Shown: piece by piece, positions 1 to 13,000 of the stretch
How positions within the stretch are numbered: position 1 is the first letter of the stretch
How the letters are laid out: each line of letters begins with the position of its first letter
Virus record (IMG/VR): IMGVR_UViG_3300020577_010124
Span: 106,563 to 170,562 of that record
Length of the DNA: 64,000 bases
From: a virus
Lineage: Duplodnaviria > Caudoviricetes
Direction: 5' to 3' (one strand)
The notes under the pieces: generated by a model
What the model was told of the DNA's origin: nothing
Database searches by the model: none
The model's input: the letters and a program-made list of their open reading frames with translations, nothing else
Translations under genes and position numbers: made by a program

Positions 1-516
1 TGGAAGAGAGTTGTTGCAATTGATAGCGCTGTAAATGTAATAAGTTCTCCTGACGCAATCCTCGCAGTTGCCGATGATGGACAGTCTTATTATTCTACAG
101 ATGGTTTTACTTGGACAAGAGTAGGAGTAATAAACGATAAGATCGTAAATAAGATAAAGAAGTATCGCTCTAATATACTCTTTGCAACAAACGAGGGGTT
201 GTATCAGGACGGAGGCTCGTTCTATACTGGTCATCTTTCATTGCAGCTTTTGAATGTTTTTAGCGATATACAGAAAGCTGCGCTTCTAGAAGTAAATGAT
301 GTTGATTCAAGCGTAACAAAGGCCGTTATTGGTCTTTCTGATGGTCGATACGTTGTATACGGAGAGAACTTTGTAGCTCAACCAAATTCTAAGCTTCCTA
401 CGATTCACAAAGTTCTTATTGTAGACGATGAAATATGGCTGTTTGGATACAATCAGTTTAGAATAACCTCAGAAACATTTGTCAGAAAACTTGCTTCAGG
501 TTTTATAGTTACCTAA
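1..516 (+). CDS. C-terminal part of a BNR/Asp-box beta-propeller-like protein (putative virion protein), 5' truncated by window
   Basis: Frame 1 is open from base 1 (WKRVVAIDS...), upstream of the tracked 199 start; Asp-box-like YYSTDGFTW and propeller-like ILFATNEGLY. Confidence 0.6.
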   Translation, partial: WKRVVAIDSAVNVISSPDAILAVADDGQSYYSTDGFTWTRVGVINDKIVNKIKKYRSNILFATNEGLYQDGGSFYTGHLSLQLLNVFSDIQKAALLEVNDVDSSVTKAVIGLSDGRYVVYGENFVAQPNSKLPTIHKVLIVDDEIWLFGYNQFRITSETFVRKLASGFIVT

Positions 517-517
517 T

Positions 518-3500
518 ATGGCGTTCAAAGGCAAAAAAACAGGCGGAAAAGGACAAGTTATAGCCGTTGGTCATGATTTTAATGACCTAGCTCCAACTCC
601 ATCTCCTATCCCAACACCCCCAGCCCCTCCTACTCCTATAATCAATAGTTTTGGCGTAAACAACGCTAACCTTGCTTATGGAGGAGGCTCTGTTGTTCTA
701 ACATGGTCAACTTCAAATGTTACTACGGTTAGCATTGATAACGGAGTTGGAACGGTTTCTGTAAATAGTAGCGCTATTGTAAATGTAACTGAAAGTACAA
801 CGTTCAATCTTTCTGCAACAGGACCAGGCGGAACAGCTTATGCAAGCGTAAGCGTATCTGTTGCTCCGCCACCACCTCTTCCTACTGTTACGTCTTTTAG
901 CGCTTCTCAAACAACCCTATCCGCTTCTGGCGGTTCTGTTACTCTAACATGGACTTCTAGTAATGCGACTAGCGCAACTATGGATCAAAGCGTTGGAGCA
1001 GTTGCGGTTAATGGAAGTACCGTTGTTTCTGTAACATCAACTAAGACATTCACTCTAACTGTTAGTAACGTAACAGGCTCAACGCAAGCGACCGTTACGA
1101 TTACAGTATTGCCTGCTGTTCCAGCAATTACGAGCTTTACTGCTTTGCCAGCAACCTTGCCATTTGGAGGAGGTTCTGTTACTCTAACATGGACAACCTC
1201 AAATGTATCAAGTGTTAGTATAGATCAAGGAGTCGGTTCTGTTGTTGTTAATGGCAGTACAAGCATAAGCATAACGGATAGCACGACTTTCAATCTAACT
1301 GCAACGGGGCCAGGTGGAACGGTTTATGCAAGCGCAAGCGTAACAGTGAACTCTGTTCCGCCTCCACCTCCATTGCCAACTATTTCTAGTTTCACTGCTA
1401 CTCCTTCTACATTTGCAGCAGGCGGTGGAACTACTACTTTTAACTGGACTTCTAGCAATGCAACTAGCGCAAGCATAGATCATAGTGTTGGAAGTGTTTC
1501 AGTTAATGGAAGCACTACAGCCAGCGTAACAACAACGACTACTTATACGCTAACTGTTACAAATATAACAGGATCGACACAAGCTAGTGTTACAGTTACC
1601 GTATCTCCGCCCATACCGTCTATTACTTCTTTTACTGCTTTGCCTTCGACGCTTCCGTTTGGAGGAGGAACGGTAACTCTAACATGGACAACTTCAAACA
1701 TAACTTCTGTTACTATTGATAACGGAGTTGGTTCTGTAGCAACAAACGGCAATACTACTAAAGCTATAACGACAAGTACGACTTTCAATCTAACTGCGAC
1801 AGGTCCAGGTGGAACGGTGTTTGCAAGCGCGAGCGTTACTGTTTCTCCTCCACCACCTCTTCCTGTTGCTACGAGCTTTACGGCAACGCCTTCTACTTTA
1901 GCATTTGGTGGTGGAAATGTAACATTGGCATGGACTTCAACAAATGCGACAAGCGCAAGTATAGATCAGGGAGTTGGTAGTGTAGCAGTTAATAGTAGTA
2001 CGGTTGTAAATACAACGACTTCTAGAACATATACGCTAACCGTTAGCAATGTAACAGGATCGACTACTCGAAGCACAAGCGTTGTTGTTTCTCCTCCATT
2101 GCCTCTTATCAATAGTTTTACTGCAAATCCAACAAGTCTCGGATTTGGAGGCGGAAACGTAACGTTATCGTGGTCAACTTCTAATGCAGTAAATGTTAGC
2201 ATCAATAATGGAATAGGAACAGTTGCAGCAAGCGGCTCGATGGTTGTAAATATAACAACATCTACAGGCTACATACTAACAGCGACAGGAGCAGGAACAG
2301 GTATTGATAATACAATAACTAGGTCTGTCTCGATAACCGTTGCAAGCATACCAGCTTTTACTCCATATGCTGATGTTAATTTGCCTGCCCTAGAAGCAGA
2401 TAGGTTTTGTTTCTTCTTAGAAACTATGCACTTTGGTCTTTCAAATGCATGGTATCATACTTTTGTTATTGGAGACAATGTTGGATTTAATAGTCAGTTT
2501 CCAGATCTAAACCATATGGTTTGGAAGACGAAGATGATTGCTCCAGAAATTAGAATAAACACTTATAGCTGGGGCTATGCGGTTGGAGATCCAGGAACGG
2601 CATGGCGAGATGAAGTTTTGTTTGTAAAGCAAAAGTTTGAAGAAGCAAACTGCCCGTTTGAAAGATATACACTCAACTGTTATCCATTTATGCAGGGGCC
2701 AGGAGGCTTCCAAGGAAATCCAAAGAATACTTATCCTCTTGCTGATCATCCTGATGATTTGTTGCCTTCTGACGGTAGAGCAGCAGGCGGCGCTCAAGAC
2801 GGTAACTTCTTAGGAGCAACTAACCAAGTAACTCCTTATAGAATTAATGCGATAAACGCTTTTAGAAATACCTTTATTACCGATTTTCCTATTATACGTC
2901 AACAGTTTGATTTGGCAGGGCTTACAGGTCCAAACGCTCCTAGACTAGAAGCGATTGTAAGTACACAAGAGCATTTTGGTAGAAACTCTGATTTTGCTCC
3001 TGATACTCCAAATGTTCCAACTGTTATTTGGACTAATCCTGATAGTGTTGACTTTAATAGACAAGGCTGGGTAACAAGGAGTCTTGCTAGTCCTCTTAGT
3101 AATAGTAACCTATTTGATGGTTCACAGACTTTTACTAATTTCTGTAATACCGTAACTCTTAGAAATGGAGCGCCCGTTCCTCCTCCTCGCTGGGATAGAT
3201 GGCAGGGTCGAGGTGGGGCGATGGCGGAATTTGAAGGCGTAGATCAGTTTATCTTTATTACGCCTTATCGAGAAGCATTCTGGGCTGCAACTACACATGC
3301 ATTTTATAAGGGTTATGTAGAGCCATTCTTTATGGCGTTTGATTCCGCATTCCCCAATCTCAAACATTATGCCTATCAAGTGTATGGAACAGGCTCATCT
3401 CTTGGCGGAATAACAATATTGCCAGGCGGAGATCCCGTATATACAAAGACTCAAGGAACTTTCCCTTATCGTTTGCGAGGACATGGAATAGACTGGTATG

Positions 3501-4033
3501 GAGAAGGGTTAGGCGGACCTTGCTTTACTTGGAGACAGTTCTATGATGGAAACATTTGGACTTTGGTAAGCGGAGATACAACAAATAGTTATGCGAATAC
3601 AACCTTTCATTGGATTAAATATATACTGTTGACATGGCCTAATCCTCATACAGATCCATTTAATGATAACAGAAATCTTGCTGCTGCTTATAACTATCCT
3701 CAAATTCCAGAGCCATATAAAACAAATTGGACAGTAGGAGATTATCATTGGTGTCAGGCTGTAAGGTTTATACTTGCTATATATGAGCTTAGAATAGCTT
3801 ATCCTAACGACGGGATATGTCCTTGGATGACTTTGTATTACCTTAGAGATCAGACATCATGGAAAACCTTCAAATGGGTAATTCATAGAATGCGAGCTAT
3901 GGGAGTAAGAAGAGCTTATCTGTGGGATAACTTCTTTACAATCAATGATTATTGCGGCGCTGGGTTGAAAAAGGATTTGTTGTTAGAACTGTTCAAAGAA
4001 ATCAAACCCGATTGGGCAACGGCTGGATGGTAA
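518..4033 (+). CDS. Ser/Thr-rich Ig-like (PKD-like) tandem-repeat protein with unassigned ~560-aa C-terminal domain; putative fibre/adhesin
   Basis: Seven ~80-85 aa repeats PxIxSFxAxPxxLxxGGGxVTLxWxxSN...TxxLTxx with Pro-rich linkers. Confidence 0.65.
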   Translation: MAFKGKKTGGKGQVIAVGHDFNDLAPTPSPIPTPPAPPTPIINSFGVNNANLAYGGGSVVLTWSTSNVTTVSIDNGVGTVSVNSSAIVNVTESTTFNLSATGPGGTAYASVSVSVAPPPPLPTVTSFSASQTTLSASGGSVTLTWTSSNATSATMDQSVGAVAVNGSTVVSVTSTKTFTLTVSNVTGSTQATVTITVLPAVPAITSFTALPATLPFGGGSVTLTWTTSNVSSVSIDQGVGSVVVNGSTSISITDSTTFNLTATGPGGTVYASASVTVNSVPPPPPLPTISSFTATPSTFAAGGGTTTFNWTSSNATSASIDHSVGSVSVNGSTTASVTTTTTYTLTVTNITGSTQASVTVTVSPPIPSITSFTALPSTLPFGGGTVTLTWTTSNITSVTIDNGVGSVATNGNTTKAITTSTTFNLTATGPGGTVFASASVTVSPPPPLPVATSFTATPSTLAFGGGNVTLAWTSTNATSASIDQGVGSVAVNSSTVVNTTTSRTYTLTVSNVTGSTTRSTSVVVSPPLPLINSFTANPTSLGFGGGNVTLSWSTSNAVNVSINNGIGTVAASGSMVVNITTSTGYILTATGAGTGIDNTITRSVSITVASIPAFTPYADVNLPALEADRFCFFLETMHFGLSNAWYHTFVIGDNVGFNSQFPDLNHMVWKTKMIAPEIRINTYSWGYAVGDPGTAWRDEVLFVKQKFEEANCPFERYTLNCYPFMQGPGGFQGNPKNTYPLADHPDDLLPSDGRAAGGAQDGNFLGATNQVTPYRINAINAFRNTFITDFPIIRQQFDLAGLTGPNAPRLEAIVSTQEHFGRNSDFAPDTPNVPTVIWTNPDSVDFNRQGWVTRSLASPLSNSNLFDGSQTFTNFCNTVTLRNGAPVPPPRWDRWQGRGGAMAEFEGVDQFIFITPYREAFWAATTHAFYKGYVEPFFMAFDSAFPNLKHYAYQVYGTGSSLGGITILPGGDPVYTKTQGTFPYRLRGHGIDWYGEGLGGPCFTWRQFYDGNIWTLVSGDTTNSYANTTFHWIKYILLTWPNPHTDPFNDNRNLAAAYNYPQIPEPYKTNWTVGDYHWCQAVRFILAIYELRIAYPNDGICPWMTLYYLRDQTSWKTFKWVIHRMRAMGVRRAYLWDNFFTINDYCGAGLKKDLLLELFKEIKPDWATAGW
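629..2345 (+). repeat. Seven intragenic ~250-bp repeats, alternating A/B types
   Basis: A type ends L(S/T)ATGPGGT (repeats 1,3,5; 7 variant); B type ends LTV(S/T)N(V/I)TGST (2,4,6); DNA echo e.g. gttactctaacatggac, ttcaatctaactgc. Confidence 0.85.
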
Positions 4034-4037
4034 CTAA

Positions 4038-7000
4038 ATGATATTAACTAAAGCATCAGTTTTTCTTAGAATCGTTGGCAATCCAAGTTCCTTGGTAAGT
4101 TTTGTAGTTCCAGAAGAAGGCTTTGTTTCTTTTGATGCAGCCAATTTTTCCAAGTTAGAACAAGGTGATCCATACGTTGTATTTGATGTTGTTGCGGACG
4201 ACTATTATGGTAGTGGTTATCTTTCTGTTGGATACAAAAGACTTGAATACCTATGGCCGACTATTACGTATCCTATTACAGCAGAAAAGACAGGAAAGTA
4301 TAATCTCTTTATCCGAGTCAAAACTTCGGGCGAGTTTTTCAACTTTTCTCTTCTTATCAACGGTGTAAATCTTCTTGATAAGATAGTTACGACTCCTCAA
4401 AATCAGTGGACATGGATATCTCTTCCATTGGTTATAGCTGACAAGAAGAAGTTTGATCTTTCAATCATACCGAAAACCGAAGGTTGTTTGATTGATAGTT
4501 TTCATATTTCTGTCAACGATACTTTGCCAGATGTAATAGAATACCAAAATAGTTTTCTAACCGTACATTTTAGAATGTATGAAATAGATTCGGATTATCA
4601 ACCAAATATATCATTGCCAATCTACGGCTACAAGACTTCTATAGAAGATATTCTCGATGATAACTGGTACAATTTTTCTCTTGAAACATTGCCAGCTTAT
4701 ATTTCCAAGACATTCAATCTTCACTATGCGGCAACGTTGTTTGTTTCTGGATCGAGCGAGAGTCTTTACATTATGTGGGACTATGCTCAAGACAATGGAT
4801 TTACTTTAGATCCATATCTTCAGACTTGTTCTCTTGTTTTGGATTCTGATACAAAGACATGGAGCATTGATTGCGAAAAGAAGTTTGCATTGCGTCTTTA
4901 TTCTTCAAGAGACGCTATAGACGAAAACGCATGCAAAGCAATCGTGCCTGCTTCTGCTTTGACTACAAAGACCGTCAAAACATTTAGCACGAATACTAGC
5001 CCAGTTTTTGTAAATACTAAAGCCGTTCCTACAATAGAAAATGAAGAAAAAGTACAGCTTAGTTTGCCTGATAGAATCGTTTCTATTGTTATGGACCAAA
5101 GCGGTTCTCAAACATGGAATGATAGTAGCGGCGTTCGCCATGAACTAGCAAGAAGAATGGTAGATAAACTAAACGCTACTTATCCAGGCGATTTGAAATA
5201 CAATCTTGTTAATTTTCAATCAACTCCTATAAAGATTAATTTCTTTGCGGTAACTGAAAATGACAACCTCAACACAAGCGATGCAGGCGCTGCGGCAAGT
5301 GAGTTTTTTGAAGACCAAGAGAGCGGATACGCAGGCGTTAGAATCGTTCGTAAGCAAGGTTCTTATCCAACTGGCCCTCTTGACGGCGATATCGTAACTG
5401 AAGGTTTTCTAGAAAGAGCATTTAGCGATGGTCTTGAGGAAGGCCAAGAGTATTACTACGCAGCCTATACATTCAACTCTTCAGGAGTTTTTAGCGAGGG
5501 AACCTTTATTAAGGCAACTCCTAGAGAAAGAATACTTCCTCACGGCGTTGGTAATTTTACAAGCAGAGTAATAATAGGAACAGGTGTTCGTAGAGACGAA
5601 AACACAATTGGTCTATGGCATTTCAATGAAGGCATAGATCAAACCATTTATGATTTTAGCGATACTTCATTTACGCTTACTAGCAGCGATGATTTCATAT
5701 GGCTTAACTTTAGCGATGTTCCAAGCGGAACAAGCGGAGTTAGATTCAATGGAACAGCAACTCGTTTTGTTGGAACCGACAGTAACGGAGATTTTGTAAA
5801 GAGTCATTATACAATGATGGCTTGGATATATCCGTTTGACTTCAACTCTAAGAGAACAATCGTTTCGAGAGAATCTTCTTCTACTAGTGCTGTTGGATTC
5901 CGTTTCGGAATCAATACCAATAAGACTTTGTTTTTTACGTTAGATGATTCAACAATAGCTAGCTCTTCTGCTTTGCTTACAGCAAATCAATGGAATCATG
6001 TTGCCGTTACCGTTGATGTTAGCGGAAACGTCGCTAGCTTTTATATCAATGGATATTTTGCTGGCTCAGGAACATTGGCTCAGGGAGCTAATCATTCTGT
6101 TGCCGCAATGAACTTGTATATTGGCGGAAGACAAAGCTCGTTCTTTGGAAAAATGACGGAGCTAAGTATTCATGATAGTTTGCGTTCTGCTGCATACATC
6201 GCTGAGGCGGCGGTTCAGCCTGAAACTTCTACTGATAAACTTCTAGACAATGGCGATAGGCTTGTTCTTCTAACTTATGTTGTTTCTGACGACTTTAATT
6301 ATCCTGGCGGAACTGTAAGAATACTTAGAAAGGAATCCGTTGGGCCTGCGGTTTTTGATTATGCTACAAGTTCCTCGGGTTCGTCGCCTCAGTTGGTGTT
6401 CAAAGGATTTGGCGCTGGACCGTCTCATGAAAATGACGGAGATGTAGTTTATGAAACTTCAGCTTCTTCTGGTTCATTTACTATAGCTCTTCCTTATGAT
6501 TATGTTCTTGACAGAACCTATAACTATCGAATATACTCTAGTAATGTATTAGGAAACTTTAGTTCAAACTCTGACTCTCCAACTATACCAATCAAGATTC
6601 CTAATTTCAAGACGAAGGCTGCTCGAAATGCAGCTATCTCTATGCCTCTAATCGCTCCTGTAGAAAATGCTACGCTTACGATTGGAAATCATAAGAACTA
6701 TATAACATGGGACGCAGTAACCGACGAAAATGCCGAGCAAGTTTTGGTATATTGGTCTGATTCTGGATTCCCTATTATCAGTAATGACCAGGGCGTAGAC
6801 GCAGGAGCCATCTTGGTTTTTAGCGGCAAGCCTTCGGATACCTATGTAGTAGATAGAAATATAGATAATCAAATTGTTAGTTACTATGCTATTGTTGTTG
6901 CAGATAAGTATGGATTTTATTCGCAGCCAGTTTTTGTATCTGGCGTTCCTGTATCAAATGCTTTTGAGGGGAATATTCCTCTTCTTACTATTAGCAACCT

Positions 7001-10000
7001 TGGTTATCAGATTGTAAACGAGAATGCTCTTAGCTTGTCATGGGACGCTCCTGTAAAGTTCCAAAAGGATATTGAGGCTTGGTTTGATCAAAGAGTTGCA
7101 TTGTACGCTCAGATTACAGACGAGTTTGGCGCGCCTATTGCAGATAATAGTCAGATCAGCTTTACAGCAACTGCGTCTGTAGGGTCTGCTCAACTTGCGG
7201 AAGATGTTTTCGGAGAAACGATAAGCGGACAAGCATTAGTGCCTGACGCTAAGAGTTGTTTTATTCTGTCTTCTTCTTCCATTGGTAACGGATTCATTCG
7301 CGGCGTTTTCAGAATGACATCTGACCTTGATATACTATCCGCAATTAATCAACTTTCAGCAGATGTTAGAGTTTCATATAGCATCCCTGATAGAGACAAC
7401 CCAGGCTCGAACGTGTTTGAGTTTACTTCGCTTCCTGTTCATATAGAGATGGACAATCCATTCTCTATGGAAATGCTCAATATTGGCGATAATAACGGAT
7501 TCTTTGGAGAAGGAACGTCTTCGGGACGAGGCTCTAAGAGACGAAGAAGAGGAAGTGGCGCGGCTCCTCATGTTGGTTCAGCAGCTACAAGCGCTGGCGG
7601 TGATACCGTTAAGGTTCTTTGCAAGAGAACGGTTCCGTTAGACGACCAATCCTTTATATCAAGCGGTGGTTTGGAGTTCGATCCTGATAAGTTCAAAGAA
7701 TTCCCAGGCTGTTGGATAAGAAGAACAAGACCATTTGTATCAAGAGTTGTTATTCTATATCGAGGAGAAGCGATTTCAAATGCTCCTGATTGCGACGTAG
7801 CAGTATTTGAAGCCTCGGACCCTCAGTGCGATCGAGATGATAGCTCTAGCAATCCATGTTCTCAAAGCGGCGGAGGAGCTTCTAGTTCTCCGCCTGAGTT
7901 TGTTCCAGGCTTTTCTTCTCGAAGAAGTCGTTCGGTACAACCTCCTGCTACTTCTTTGCCTTTCCGAACAGGCCTTCAGTTACTTAATGACGGAACAACA
8001 AAGCTCGTTTCATATGTTGATATACCTTTGAAAGCGCCTAGAACTCCGCAAGCTATCATGCTGTTTGCAAAAACAGGCTACAACGGTTTCTTTGCTCGCA
8101 AGAAAATGTATGTTGTCTTTGATAATATTCTAAGAATTGAAACAACTATTGAGCCGCCAGAATCAAATTGCATTGACGTTGCGGAGCAACAAGCTAAAGT
8201 CTACCTTATTGATCCAGATAGTACGGACGTAGAAAATCCTAGAAAACTGGCCGTTCCAGACAGTCAGATTGTTCGTTGGGAATTGAGAAAAGGAACAAGC
8301 GGTAAAGATAGGCCATTCTACTCGACAGATAATGTCCCTACAGGACCAGGCGTATTTTCTTATACAAGAAGCGGAAGCGCTAGAAAAGTATTCTTCGGTC
8401 CAGCATGTGGTGTAACATGGCTAACTTATGTTCCATGTCCAGGCAATATAATCTTGTTGCCTGAGCTTTATGCTATTAAGGCAAGCGTCATATACGACGG
8501 ACTGCACGCCTTTGAAGAACGTCCAGCTATAGTTTACCCGCCAGGAGACGTAAGAGGTTTTGGATCTCGCTTCCTCATGCAGATGCCAAACTTTGTAAAT
8601 GACATATACGCAGACGGATATGATCTAGCTCACGTTACTATTTATCACGACCCTAATATTGCTAGTGGTCAGATTGCTGATTGTTTCAAGCAATGCGCAA
8701 GAGATTTCAATAGACCAATCTTCTCTTTGGGAAATGGTCAGATTGTTGATATCGAATCAGGTGGCGACTTTGAGATTCTTTATGGAGATTCGTTGCAAGT
8801 TACGTTTGACGAGGCGTTAGACGAGTATGTTATAACGAATGCTTCTCAAGAAATTGGGTTCGCTCAAATACCTCTTGCTCAAAGCGGTAATCGCACTGAC
8901 TTTTACATACGAATCAATAAGTTCCTTGGAAGACCGCAACCAGTCAAACCAAATGATAATCAAGACCAAGATCCTCTTAGCAGCACAAATCAATGTTCTT
9001 GTATAGAAGTTCCACCTGGACTTTCTAGTAAAACTGATTTGAAGATAATAACTGGAAAGACCAGTATTATGTTCAATGGTCAAACAAGATTCTTGTCAGG
9101 CGGAGGAGATCTAAAGAATGGCGTTCCTCCAACAACAATTGCTCTTAGAGAGCCATTGGATATTTCCATTGTTGATATTCGTCGTAATGGAGAAAGCGTT
9201 GAAAAGATCCTATGCGACAGTTTGAGCGTTCATGAGTTTATTGTTGAAGTAAAGTTCAAAGATAAAGCGGTTCCAAATGGAACACCTGTATTCCTAACTG
9301 TTGGCGGAATTAATCCAGAGAAGATTGTTCTTTTCTCTGATACTATTTTCACGCAAAAACTCAATGATCCTATACTTAACCCAGAGGGCAATAAGAGAAG
9401 CTTTGCTTCATTCTTTGTTTATCCATTCAGCGCTCAAGCTGCATTCTCGGGTCAAGTACAAGCAGAAACCAACTATGATAAGCGAGGCGACGTTGTTCGT
9501 AGTATGACAGCTTGTATTACGATCAAGTATGATCCTTCAGAAAAGAAGCCAGAAGCAACAGTAACTCCTGAAGGCGAAATAAGTAGCGTCTTTAGCGGAT
9601 CGCTAGATGTTTATGACACGTATACGGATACTTGGTCGCAAAAAGCTCTAATGAAGTACCCAAGAGGTTGCTTGACTCTTGACTGGTCTTTCGATGCGTA
9701 TGGAGAACAACTCTATGCGATAGGCGGACTTAATGGAAAATCAATCTTATCATACAATGAAATGTATGATATTGCAAACGACATATGGCATACTAAGAAA
9801 CAAATGAGAGTTGCTAGATTCTACCATATGTCTGTTCAAGATTCAGGCTATATCTACGTATTCGGAGGAATCGTTGCGGACGGTTCTGTTCTTGCTATTT
9901 CTCGTTCAGTTGAACGTTATGATATCGTAAACGATGTTTGGGAAGACGTTGCTAGCTTGCCTATATTTGGAGAGAATCCATACGGCGTAGCTATGGGCGC

Positions 10001-13000
10001 TTGCGTAAAGCTTGATAATAAGGTTTACATAATCGGCGGAATCAGAAAGATTGGACCGCAAGGCAGCATCGAAGCTATGAACGACAGAGTTCTAGTTTTT
10101 GATTTGGATACTCAAACATGGAGTTGGAGTTCAGTATATGAGGATCTTGATCTAGCGCTATTTACTAGAATATCTCCTACCGCTTTTGCTGACAAGAATG
10201 GCGGGTTTATTCATGTTCTTGGAGGAGCGGTAGCGGGAGAACGAGACGCAGATACGGGCGCTCAATCTCTTGAGTTCTTGACTGATACTTTCAACATCAA
10301 TATCTCAACCTTTGCTGTTGTTCAAGACGACTATTTGTATGATAACTTGCCTAAGCCTCGCTATCGTAATGGTCATGCTCAAATCGGAGACATTCATTAT
10401 TTCTTAGGCGGAACAAATGGTAAGTCTCAAGTTCTAAATCTCTTTGAGAGCGTAGAAGAGACTTCTCCAGTCTTTACCGAGCAAAGACTAGAAAACATGC
10501 CTAAAGCAAAGACGGCTTTTGGTTCTACGTCTGATAGTTGGAGATATGTCTATGTTGGTGGCGGACTAACAAGCGGTAGGCCTGAAGGTTTCCTTCAGAT
10601 ATTGGCAGAGGCTAATCCTGGTTCTATAAGATTGGATGGGCAGCAGTCTGCGACAGTAAATATAGAACTAAAGAATGACGTAGGCGAACATCCTAATAAG
10701 AGTATTAGAGTATTGGTTCAAGGTATTGTTCTTTTCAAGAATGCTACAGCAAATCAAGACGGTTCTGGTGGGACTAATTCGCAGCAACAATCTGCAAACA
10801 GCGCCGCCCGAGATGCTTTGATATATCCTGTTGTCTTTAGTTCTAACGACTTTGTTATAAACAATGGCGTTGGAGCAACTATAATGTTGCCAAGATCCGA
10901 AGACATACTCAAGAAGGTTGATGAAATCAAGAGAAAACTTGGAATTGTTGATCCAGTAACGGGCGATAACGGACAAGCAGAAGACAATACGCTTGTTATC
11001 AATGAAGGCGAAATTCGCAATCCATATACTATCAAAGTAAGAATAACTATTCTTGACGGATTCTATTATGGTCAAACCGTAATAGACATCAAAGATAATC
11101 AGGATTCAAGCGTATCTACAACTCCTGTTGAGTTACCGCCTCCAACCGAAACAACAACTACAGTTAGCACTCCTAGCGGGCCTCAAACTACGACTACAAC
11201 TACCTTCTCTGGATGTAAAGAGGCAAGCGGCAGTCAGTTTGCTCCTATAGCTAATCAAGGTTCGCAAACGCCTACAACGGACGGAAGCAACGTTGTCATC
11301 GATCAGGGTTTGCAGCAGTCAGATAATCCTATATTTGACCTAAACCCTTCTCAAGCTCCTCAACTTGATAGTCCAACGGTTTCATACTTCAGCGATATCG
11401 AATGGATACCTCAAGTTATTATTAGCGTAGATAACGGAGATTATGGCAGCATTATCAAAAATCTCAATAGAATGCGTAATGAAATACCATTTGGAGCTTC
11501 GCAACTTTATGACGCTCTTTCCAAAACAGCTTCTCTTATGCTTGGCGAAGAACTTGATTCGTTTGCCAAATCAATCTATGTAAACACTGACAATGAGGAA
11601 AATCTATCCTTTGTTACTGTAGATACTGCTATTGAAGATATACAAGCGGTTGACGGATTTGCGGAAACGCCTGTTTTGATAAACAACCTCTCTGTTGTTT
11701 TCCCTCTAACTCTATCTGCTCAGCTTGCTAGAACCGATACTGAAAATCTGGATAGAATCTCAAATGAAACAGGCGGACAAAGCCAAACGGTTATTGACGC
11801 AAGTTATATTGATGAAGTTCTAAACAATGCGATAGGACGAGTAACGGGCTCAATTGGATGGGGCATTTATGAGTGCATAATCGACCTTGGCAAGAACTCT
11901 ATTATCAATACGATAGCAATTGAGTGCGAGCTATATCCAAATACAGAGGGCAATTGGAAGATATCAACGAGCGAAGACGGATTCAACTATTCAGTTTATA
12001 GTGATCCATTCAATGTCAACAAAGACATACAACTAACAAACGTTGTTGGAAGATATCTAAAGTTCTCTATTACTCTTTTGAGCGGACTTAGCGCTTCCAT
12101 TGAAAGCGAGTATGATCTTACTCCAACCCCAGGCGTTCCAGCTATAACTGGTATATTGATTGATTATAACATCCCAACGGAGAGTTTCATATATATGAAC
12201 TCAGACGTATTGGATCGTAGTCCTCAACAAGTCGCTATTGCTGTATCTGCAAACAGACCGTTGCTAAGCGAAATAGATGTTGGCGTTACAACTAGTAAGT
12301 CAACTAATTGGTCAGATTATTATAGCGGTTCTCAACCATCAGTTGATAGATTCGGAAAGATATTTGTTCCTATTCGTTATACACAAACGCAAGATCATAC
12401 TCTAGACGAATCTCTAGAAAACATTGACGGCTTTATGTGGAAAACAATCTATGGAAGATGGGATGTTACTTCTCAAGTAACAATCAAAGACGAAGATAAC
12501 AATATCGTTGATCCAGATATTTATAGGCTGTATCCGCAAGAAGGAATGGTTATTTTTAACTCCAAGCAAACTGGTTCTTTCAGTATTTCTGTAGAGAATG
12601 CTGGACGAATCAAAGTTGGTTTGAGAGTCTTGAATAGCGATTCAGAACAAGCGGTTCAGATAAACGGTCTAGGCTATATGTATAACACCAATGTATTCTT
12701 GCCACCGCCTCTATCTCAGCGCCCTCCAACCGTTACGGATTTCAATATTACTCCATCTGAACTGACAATATATCAGAAGATTGGACTAACCTATAGATAC
12801 TTTGACATTAACCAACTTGACGAGCAGCTTGATAAATCCGAGATCAAATGGTTCATTAATGGTGTTGAAGTTGAGTATCTAAGAAATGTTCGAACATGGA
12901 ATGATATAACAAATACGGAAGATCCTATTTGGATTTATGCGTTTACTTTTAGCTCAAGCGATGTTCCTAGCGGAACAACCGTAGAACAATACGCTCGTTC

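Noticed and set aside
7510-7605. GSKRRRRGSG basic patch in the giant protein as a nuclear-localisation or furin site
   Set aside because: Bacteriophage context; it lies in a low-complexity Gly/Ser loop with no supporting evidence.
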